DNA of 64,000 bases from Saprospiraceae bacterium (GTDB lineage: Bacteria > Bacteroidota > Bacteroidia > Chitinophagales > Saprospiraceae): positions 9,229 to 73,228 of the forward strand of contig JADLHA010000015.1 of assembly GCA_020848995.1 (NCBI GenBank), written 5' to 3'. The position numbers and the translations under genes were made by a program. Below, one piece after another: positions 57,319 through 64,000 of the stretch. Under the pieces are notes generated by a model. That model saw only the letters and a program-made list of their open reading frames with translations, had not been told where the DNA came from and did not search any database. How positions within the stretch are numbered: the first letter of the stretch is position 1; every line of letters begins with the position of its first letter.

Positions 57319-58128
57319 ATGGGGTCTTATCCACTTGAAAAATTTGTCGCCGTGGCGGAGGGTGCTGCCCGGGAGGCGGGACAATTTATCCGGGCCGAGT
57401 TGGGGCGGGTTCGTGCAGAGCAGGTGCTCGAAAAAGAAAAGAACAGTCTGGTTAGTTACGTCGACATTGAAACGGAGAGGATGCTCGCCGATGCACTCAG
57501 GCCTTTGTTGCCGGGTGCGGGATTCCTGACGGAAGAGAGCACACAGGCCTTGCATTCTGATTCCGATTATTGTTGGATCATCGACCCGCTGGATGGTACG
57601 ACCAATTTCCTCAAAGGCATACCTGTTTTTTCCGTGAGCATCGCGCTGGCATTCCGGATGGAACCCATCATGGGGGTGGTGTATGACGTCATGCAGGAGG
57701 AGGCCTTTACGGCCTGGCAGGATGGTGGCGCCCACCTCAACGGCCGTCGCATTTCGGTCAGCGACGTCGGCCAACTGGACGACGCCATTGTCGCCACCGG
57801 CTTCCCCTACAAGGCCGGATACCGGCCGCAACTTTCGGAGATCTTTACAGAAGTCCTTCACCATTCACGGGGAATCCGCAGGTTGGGATCGGCGGCCCTT
57901 GACCTGGCCTATACAGCTGCCGGCCGTTTTGACGCTTACTACGAGACCAGGCTCAACGCCTGGGACATTGCAGCCGGGATCCTGATTGTTCGTGAGGCCG
58001 GAGGCAGGGCCAGCAATTTCCGCAATGCCAGTGGGGGCATCCTCAGGGCACATCACGTGATGGCTTCCAACGGGCTTGTTCATGACGAATTGCTCCAGCT
58101 CGTGTCGAAGGCGCCCCTCGATGATTGA
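57319..58128 (+). CDS. suhB: Inositol monophosphatase family protein
   Basis: It has the motifs IDPLDGTTNF and WDIAAG. The product is 269 aa. Confidence 0.85.
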   Translation: MGSYPLEKFVAVAEGAAREAGQFIRAELGRVRAEQVLEKEKNSLVSYVDIETERMLADALRPLLPGAGFLTEESTQALHSDSDYCWIIDPLDGTTNFLKGIPVFSVSIALAFRMEPIMGVVYDVMQEEAFTAWQDGGAHLNGRRISVSDVGQLDDAIVATGFPYKAGYRPQLSEIFTEVLHHSRGIRRLGSAALDLAYTAAGRFDAYYETRLNAWDIAAGILIVREAGGRASNFRNASGGILRAHHVMASNGLVHDELLQLVSKAPLDD

Positions 58129-58205
58129 CGCCCGTTGGTCGAAGCTTTCCTGCATTCGGTAAAAAAGCCGGCTCCTGTAATGTGACTGCCCTAATTTTGG
58201 GGTCT

Positions 58206-59444
58206 ATGCGGTTTGAAGAAATCCTGCGTATGGCCTGGGGCAATGTGCGCTCCAACCTGCTGAGATCGAGCCTGACCCTGGTGATCATCGCCCTGGGCAT
58301 TACCGCTCTGGTAGGGATCCTGACGTCCATCGACGGGATGATCTACAGCATGAGCCAGAATTTCTCAAGCCTCGGTGCGAACAGCTTTTCCATTGACCGC
58401 AAGTCGACGGAATTCCGCCGCAACCGCAGAAACCAGGCTTACAAAGAATCTCCTCCCATCAGCTACCAGGAAGCTGCGCTCTTCAAAGAGCGGCTTGCGG
58501 AGACCGGCTTTGTGAGCCTTTCCCTTCCCGCCAGCGGCAACAGCATCGTTCAGTACGCCCATCTCAAGACCAACCCGACGACCCGGGTGCGCGGCATCGA
58601 CGAAAATTACTTTCGCGTCACCGGGTACGAGTTGCTCAACGGCCGCAACTTCTCTTCTCAGGAACTCGAATCCGGAATGCCGCGAGCCATTCTCGGTGCC
58701 GAACTCGTCGAGCGGTTGTTTGACGGTCAGCCCGAAAAAGCGCCCAATAAGCAAATACTCATTGGGGGTCAGCGCTACCTAGTTGTGGCCACGTGTAAGT
58801 CCAGAGGCGCTTCCATGAACGAAGGAGCAGACCGGAGGGTCTTCATCCCGCTCAACAATGCCAAGCGCAAATTCGGCCACGCGCAATCGAACTACTCCAT
58901 CGATGTCGGTGTGGAAGATGCCTTGCAGATGGAGCGGGCCATTGAGCAATCCACGGGCATTTTCCGGGTGATCCGCAGACTTGGCCCTTCGGAAGAGAAC
59001 GATTTCGAGATCTCCAAAAGCGACGGCATTGTAGAATTTCTGAGGGAGAATACCGTAAAACTGCGTGCTGCCGCCATTGCCATCGGGCTGATGACCCTGC
59101 TCGGAGCTTCCATCGGATTAATGAACATCATGCTCGTCTCGGTCACGGAACGAACCCGCGAAATAGGCATTGCCAAAGCCCTTGGCGCCACGCGCCGCAG
59201 CATCGTAACACAATTCCTGGCAGAGGCCATACTGATCTGTCAGGCTGGGGGGGTCGTCGGCGTTTTGCTCGGCATCCCCGTCGGCAACATCGTCACCCTG
59301 GCCATAGGCAGTGAATTCCTCATTCCATGGGCATGGATAGTGCTGGGACTGGTTGTCTGCATGATCGTCGGCGTGCTGTCGGGCCTGTACCCTGCACTAA
59401 AAGCAGCGCACCTCGATCCTGTAGAAAGCCTGCGTTACGAGTGA
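58206..59444 (+). CDS. FtsX/MacB-type ABC transporter permease
   Basis: ATG 58206 gives MRFEEILRMAWGNVRSNLLRSSLTLVIIALG. It has a MacB-like periplasmic domain and a C-terminal FtsX region (EIGIAKALGATRRSIVTQFL). No adjacent ATPase gene is present. Confidence 0.85.
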   Translation: MRFEEILRMAWGNVRSNLLRSSLTLVIIALGITALVGILTSIDGMIYSMSQNFSSLGANSFSIDRKSTEFRRNRRNQAYKESPPISYQEAALFKERLAETGFVSLSLPASGNSIVQYAHLKTNPTTRVRGIDENYFRVTGYELLNGRNFSSQELESGMPRAILGAELVERLFDGQPEKAPNKQILIGGQRYLVVATCKSRGASMNEGADRRVFIPLNNAKRKFGHAQSNYSIDVGVEDALQMERAIEQSTGIFRVIRRLGPSEENDFEISKSDGIVEFLRENTVKLRAAAIAIGLMTLLGASIGLMNIMLVSVTERTREIGIAKALGATRRSIVTQFLAEAILICQAGGVVGVLLGIPVGNIVTLAIGSEFLIPWAWIVLGLVVCMIVGVLSGLYPALKAAHLDPVESLRYE

Positions 59445-59767
59445 GCTACCGAAGCGCTTGACCCCAGCAAGACACCGTCTCCTCTGCTCCAAAGCCAATT
59501 TGCATACCCTTCCCCACTCTATGAACGAACGCTCGTTCGTCGTAGGTTCCAACCCCTTCGGGAAGCATGGAATTTACACCAGCCGGGAACATGCCGTTGA
59601 ACGGATCCCGTATGAGTATCCAAATGCATGCCTGGCTGCGGAGTACCGAAGCCAATGCAGAAGCAACCGGGTCTGCAGCATCGGCCCATTGACCATGGTT
59701 TCCCGGCCACAATGATTATCTTTGCCATTTACCCGTCCGGACACCCCGGGCCAATTGTAAAATCTCC

Positions 59768-61906
59768 ATGATGATCCACAGTTTTTATTTCGCATTTTTT
59801 GGGGGCGCAGTGCTTTGCTGCTGCCTGAACTCCTGTACCTCTCCGGCCGTGACCCCTTCACCGGGTGTGAAGGCCTTATTGGAACCCTGGCCCGGGCCAC
59901 ATGGTGGTGTCCCTCCCTTTGAGGTGGTGCGCGTTGACGATTTTCTTCCAGCAGTCGAGGAAGCCATTGCCTCCAAGCGCACTGAAATCGATCAGATTGC
60001 CGGACAGGCGGATCCTCCAACTTTTGAAAATACCCTGGAAGCTCTTGAAAAGGCAGGCGCTGCCTTGCGACGCGTACAGGCGGTCTATTACGTCTGGACG
60101 AGCAACATGGCTTCTCCGGCCATGGATTCGGTGCAGGCGGTGATCGAGCCGAGGCTGGCTGCTTTTCAGGATTCCGTCATTCAGAACAGCGCCTTGTTTC
60201 AACGCATCGAGCGCGTTTATTTGGAAAAGGATCAGTTGCAGTTGAATCCCGAACAGCAGCGTTTGCTTTGGAGGTATTACACCAACTTTACGCTGGCCGG
60301 GGCGCGCCTGAGCGAGGAAGCTAAGGCAAAAGTTGCGGCCATCAACCAGCAGCTCGCGTCGCTGTTCACCCAATTCAGTCAACACCTTCTGGCCGACGAG
60401 CGCGACAAATACGTGGTGGTCTCCGATGTAAAAGATCTCGATGGTCTGCCGGAGAATTTTGTGCAGGCTGCCGCGGAAGCAGCGGTGGCCAAAGGGAAGG
60501 CAGGTAGCTGGGTCATTTCCAATACCCGTTCTGCCGTCGAACCATTTTTATCGTATTGCCGCAACCGCAATTTACGCGAGCAGGTCTGGAGGATGTTTGT
60601 AAGCCGCGGCGACAACGGAGATGCGAATGACAACAACAAAGTCATTCCTCAAATTTTGAAATTGCGGGCAGAACGTGCACAATTGCTTGGTTTCCCTACA
60701 CACGCTCACCTCAAGCTTGCTGACAAGATGGCGAAGACTCCGGAGAAGGCCCTGGCGCTGCTGGAATCTGTTTGGCCATTCGCTGTTTCCCGCGTCGGCG
60801 AGGAAGTTGCAGACATGCAGGCATATGCTGACCGGCAGGGAGACGGAATCGAGATTGAGGCTTGGGATTACCGCTACTACCAAGAGAAAGTGCGCAAACA
60901 GAAATACGACCTCGACGAGACCGAGATCAAAGATTACCTCCAGCTCGACAAGCTTCGCGAAGGGATGTTTTATGTTGCCGGGGAATTGTTTGGCCTGGAA
61001 TTTAAGCTGGCTTCCGGAATACCGGTCTTCCATCCGGATGTAAGCGTGTACGAAGTCAGCCGCAAGGGAAGCGGAGAGTTTGCCGGGTTGTGGTATTTTG
61101 ATCCCTATGCACGGGAGGGCAAGCGATCCGGGGCCTGGATGACGGCCTACCGCGAACAGGAAACGCTTAGTGGTGCAGTGCCCACCTTGGTTTCGAACAA
61201 TTGCAATTTTTTGAAGGGCAAACCGGGTGAGCCTGTGCTGGTTTCGTGGGATGATGCCGTCACGCTTTTCCATGAATTTGGTCACGCGCTGCACGGTCTG
61301 TGTTCAAACGTTCGCTATCCTAGTCTATCCGGAACCAGCGTTGCCACGGACTACGTCGAGTTTCCATCGCAGGTACTGGAGCGGTGGTTGTCGACCCCTG
61401 AAGTATTGAAGCGCTATGCACTGCACCACCAGACCGGGGAGTCCATGCCTGCCTCGCTGTTGGAGAAGATCCGCAAGGCAGCTACGTTCAACCAGGGGTT
61501 TGCGACACTGGAGTACCTGGCCAGTGCGGTGATTGATATGAAGCTCCACCTCGCCGGAGCCGCCGACATTGACCCGGCGCGTTTCGAAAAAGAGGTGCTC
61601 GGTGCGCTTGGAATGCCCAAACAGATTGTCATGCGGCACCGCACGCCTCAATTCGGTCATTTGTTTTCCGATGACCAGTATTCTGCAGGTTATTACAGCT
61701 ACCTGTGGTCTGATGTGCTCAGCTCAGATGCCTGGGAAGCTTTTATAGAGGGGGGCGGCGCCTATGACAAACAGACCGGAAAGCGTCTTCACGATTACGT
61801 GTTCAGCGTGGGGGGAACCATTGAGGAATCAGAAGCTTACCGCGCATTTCGCAAAAAAGATCCGGACCAACAGGCGCTGATGCGCGAACGGGGCTTTGTG
61901 CATTGA
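59768..61906 (+). CDS. dcp: M3-family metallopeptidase (peptidyl-dipeptidase Dcp-like)
   Basis: It has a lipoprotein-like signal sequence and the zinc motif LFHEFGHALHGL with a downstream EFPSQ. The product is 712 aa. Confidence 0.85.
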   Translation: MMIHSFYFAFFGGAVLCCCLNSCTSPAVTPSPGVKALLEPWPGPHGGVPPFEVVRVDDFLPAVEEAIASKRTEIDQIAGQADPPTFENTLEALEKAGAALRRVQAVYYVWTSNMASPAMDSVQAVIEPRLAAFQDSVIQNSALFQRIERVYLEKDQLQLNPEQQRLLWRYYTNFTLAGARLSEEAKAKVAAINQQLASLFTQFSQHLLADERDKYVVVSDVKDLDGLPENFVQAAAEAAVAKGKAGSWVISNTRSAVEPFLSYCRNRNLREQVWRMFVSRGDNGDANDNNKVIPQILKLRAERAQLLGFPTHAHLKLADKMAKTPEKALALLESVWPFAVSRVGEEVADMQAYADRQGDGIEIEAWDYRYYQEKVRKQKYDLDETEIKDYLQLDKLREGMFYVAGELFGLEFKLASGIPVFHPDVSVYEVSRKGSGEFAGLWYFDPYAREGKRSGAWMTAYREQETLSGAVPTLVSNNCNFLKGKPGEPVLVSWDDAVTLFHEFGHALHGLCSNVRYPSLSGTSVATDYVEFPSQVLERWLSTPEVLKRYALHHQTGESMPASLLEKIRKAATFNQGFATLEYLASAVIDMKLHLAGAADIDPARFEKEVLGALGMPKQIVMRHRTPQFGHLFSDDQYSAGYYSYLWSDVLSSDAWEAFIEGGGAYDKQTGKRLHDYVFSVGGTIEESEAYRAFRKKDPDQQALMRERGFVH

Positions 61907-61973
61907 TTGCCAATTGCCCACTACTTCGGTTTGAGTCAGCCGGGATACCGGCCTGAATTATCCAAGCAGCTCT

Positions 61974-63002
61974 TCATTTCCAGAATGCTGCGAGGCGCTG
62001 AGCCGCGTTGTTTCGAACGTTCATGTAAAAAATATTGAAGTCTCCCCGGTGGTAGTTGGCGAAGGGATACCAAAAACTACCCTTAAAACGCGGTTTGTCG
62101 GTCCATAAAATTCCTCGATAGATCTGTGCCCCACTCATTCCTGGGACGGGCTTGCGATCCAGCCCACTGAGTACCGAACCCAGATTCTGCTCTTTGCCTA
62201 CGTATTCCGGTCCCGTTGACCAACTGAGCGGGTTGGTGATGATCATTTGCTCTTCTTCGTCGAGAAAATCCGGTTTATGCCCTTTGCGGTAGGTTCTCCA
62301 GCTGCAAATGCACGCAGTTTGTTGGGGAGTGCGGCAGGGTTGCAGCTCGTTAAATCGCCGTTCTGGAATGGGATAGCCTACGGCGTATGCGACGACGAGT
62401 CTCTTCCGGAGATCTGAGGCCCCATCAAAATAGTCGGCGAGCAGGCGCATCAGATGGTAGGCCCCCTGGCTATGCCCGGCAAGAATGATCGGGCGATTGC
62501 GGTTTTCGCTTTCCAAAAAATATTCGAATGCGGCCGCTACGTCTTCGTATGCCAGATCCAGTGCCTTTTGTGCCGAGGCGGTGTCATCGGTAAAAAAGGT
62601 TTCGAGATGTGCCTGGCGGTAGCGGGGGGCGTAAACTCTGCCAACCCCGTTGAAGAGGGTAGCCTGGTATAGGATGGAGCTCTCGTCCGTTTTGCGATTG
62701 ATGTATGCATCTTCGATTTCTGCATTCCACCTGCCGTTACCGCGGCGCCTGACCAATGTGGTTGGGTGCAAGAAGAACACGTCGGCCTGGGAAACTGCCT
62801 GCATGTCTTTAAGTCCGGCAGGGGTACTGTCGGCAAGGTCGCGGGTGTGGGGCCAGGCAGCCCAGTTGCTGAGTTGTGCATAATCCGGCTTAACCGGCCT
62901 GGAATAGTGTTCAAAAGCCTCCTTGGGCCTGGTAGCCGCACAGGCCATGAGCAGGGGAAGCAGGAATAAGTAAAACTTTTGGCAGGATTTCATGGTTATC
63001 AT
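61974..63002 (-). CDS. DUF3089-like alpha/beta hydrolase
   Basis: It has a signal peptide and the nucleophile elbow LAGHSQGAY (GxSxG). Confidence 0.65.
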   Translation of the reverse strand: MITMKSCQKFYLFLLPLLMACAATRPKEAFEHYSRPVKPDYAQLSNWAAWPHTRDLADSTPAGLKDMQAVSQADVFFLHPTTLVRRRGNGRWNAEIEDAYINRKTDESSILYQATLFNGVGRVYAPRYRQAHLETFFTDDTASAQKALDLAYEDVAAAFEYFLESENRNRPIILAGHSQGAYHLMRLLADYFDGASDLRKRLVVAYAVGYPIPERRFNELQPCRTPQQTACICSWRTYRKGHKPDFLDEEEQMIITNPLSWSTGPEYVGKEQNLGSVLSGLDRKPVPGMSGAQIYRGILWTDKPRFKGSFWYPFANYHRGDFNIFYMNVRNNAAQRLAAFWK

Positions 63003-63075
63003 CTTCTAAGGTATATACGCCGGCAGGATGCCGATTGTTTTGTACCCAGCTTTTCAAAATCCTGCTTATACCAAA

Positions 63076-64000
63076 ATGGACCCGGCAAAATCCGATATTC
63101 TGGCCCTTTCCCGCGACGACCGGGCCAAATTGCTGTTGGGTATTGGCTGGGAGCCCTACCGGGTTCGTCAGCTTGAAGAGTGGCTTTGGAAGCACGGAGT
63201 TCGCCATTTTGCGGATATGCGTACCCTGCCCGCTGCACTGCGCACCCAATTGCAGGAGCGATTTTGCCTTCCCGGACTAACCTGCGCACTCTGCCAACAA
63301 AGCGTTGATGGCACCTCAAAATTTAAATTTTTAATGCACGATGGCCTTCCTGTTGAATCGGTGCTGATCCCCTCTAAAGAATCAGATCGTTATACGCTGT
63401 GCGTTTCTTCCCAATCGGGATGCAGCCTTTCCTGTGCATTTTGTGCTACCGGCACGATGGGGCTGTTGAGAAATCTGACGGCCTCTGAAATATATGACCA
63501 GTACCTGTACACCAACCGATTTTGCGATCAACAGCACGGCCTTCGCATCGGCAACATCGTTTACATGGGGATGGGCGAGCCCCTGTTGAATTACAAAAAC
63601 GTTTTGGGCAGCATTGACTTGCTGACATCGCCCTCCGGAGCCAGCCTGTCGCCAAAAAGGATCACCGTCTCGACTGCGGGCATCGCCAAGATGATCGAGC
63701 GACTCGCGGATGACGGTGTCCGCGTCAACCTGGCTTTGTCTCTGCATGCTGCAGATGATGAAAAGCGAAGTCGGCTGATGCCGATCAACGAGAGCAACCG
63801 GTTGTCAACGCTCCTCGGTGCACTTAAGTACTTTTATCAAAAAACAGGCAACCGGATCAGTTACGAATACATTGCATTTCAGGGCTTCAACGACAGTGAC
63901 CTGGATGCGAGAAAATTGGTTCGGCTGTGTTCGCATTTTCCCGTTAGGGTAAACATCATCGAATACAACCCCGTAGCCGGAATGAGCTTTGTGAAGTCAG
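63076..64000 (+). CDS. rlmN: 23S rRNA (adenine2503-C2)-methyltransferase, 3'-truncated by the window edge
   Basis: The frame is open from ATG 63076 to the window end, so it is absent from the ORF track. It translates as MDPAKSDILALSRDDRAKLLLGIGWEPYRVRQLEEWLW. It has the radical-SAM CSLSCAFCATG motif, GMGEPL and a trailing IEYNP. Confidence 0.93.
   Translation, partial: MDPAKSDILALSRDDRAKLLLGIGWEPYRVRQLEEWLWKHGVRHFADMRTLPAALRTQLQERFCLPGLTCALCQQSVDGTSKFKFLMHDGLPVESVLIPSKESDRYTLCVSSQSGCSLSCAFCATGTMGLLRNLTASEIYDQYLYTNRFCDQQHGLRIGNIVYMGMGEPLLNYKNVLGSIDLLTSPSGASLSPKRITVSTAGIAKMIERLADDGVRVNLALSLHAADDEKRSRLMPINESNRLSTLLGALKYFYQKTGNRISYEYIAFQGFNDSDLDARKLVRLCSHFPVRVNIIEYNPVAGMSFVKS

Noticed and set aside
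59458-59715. An 85-aa ORF lies in the gap upstream of dcp.
   Set aside because: It has no recognisable motif or signal, its composition looks non-coding, and it competes with similar ORFs on the other strand.
38596-61294. Multiple long antisense or off-frame ORFs lie inside well-supported genes (38596-39516, 43008-43856, 50091-50870, 55274-56032, 56591-57334, 57211-57864, 60572-61294).
   Set aside because: Each is nested within a gene that has strong catalytic or domain motifs on the opposite strand or in another frame, and none has features of its own.
1-64000. A search for tRNA/rRNA genes, CRISPR arrays, transposases or integrases, and sigma-54 (TGGCAC-N5-TTGC) promoters near the cluster.
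   Set aside because: No T-loop-like GGTTCGAA motif occurs in non-coding DNA, and I saw no direct-repeat/spacer array or recombinase-like ORF. The few TGGCAC occurrences lie in coding DNA or lack a correctly spaced TTGC. The scan was by eye, so weak instances could be missed.

Overview
This window looks like a chromosomal segment of a Bacteroidota-type genome. The evidence is three T9SS C-terminal sorting domains, SprB repeats, TAnnTTTG-type -7 boxes and no obvious Shine-Dalgarno sites. I call about 40 protein genes, roughly 92% coding. I saw no rRNA, tRNA, CRISPR array, transposase or integrase. Housekeeping genes include dnaB, an RluB/RsuA-type pseudouridine synthase, aconitase, mscL, nadA, gpmI, osmC, rpoN, ligA and a suhB-like IMPase. 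rlmN is also present; it runs off the 3' edge and is therefore missing from the ORF track. The region is rich in secreted peptidases: an M16, an M24, an M3 and two reprolysin-like T9SS cargo proteins of more than 1,100 aa each. The standout is a tightly packed, co-directional minus-strand cluster at 18.0-36.6 kb. In transcription order it encodes a NarL/LuxR response regulator, a beta-propeller/Y_Y_Y histidine kinase and a small T9SS cargo protein. These are followed by a collagen-like protein with a tail-fibre S74 chaperone domain, and an HExxH zincin coupled to it by an ATGA overlap. The last three genes encode a 571-aa predicted outer-membrane beta-barrel, a ~2,384-aa secreted giant with no motif I recognise, and a multi-FN3 protein. 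I do not recognise this combination as a named system. It is my candidate for an undescribed, signal-regulated surface or outer-membrane apparatus. A second, non-genic signal is a recurring palindromic motif family (AAACGTTCGTTAG / ACGTTAGTTA). It sits at the cluster's boundaries, forms an iteron-like array at 17.93-17.99 kb, and forms a perfect 13-bp inverted repeat at 54.67 kb. Its core octamer AACGTTCG is several-fold over-represented across the window. All functional calls rest on motifs read by eye from the translations; no database search was run.
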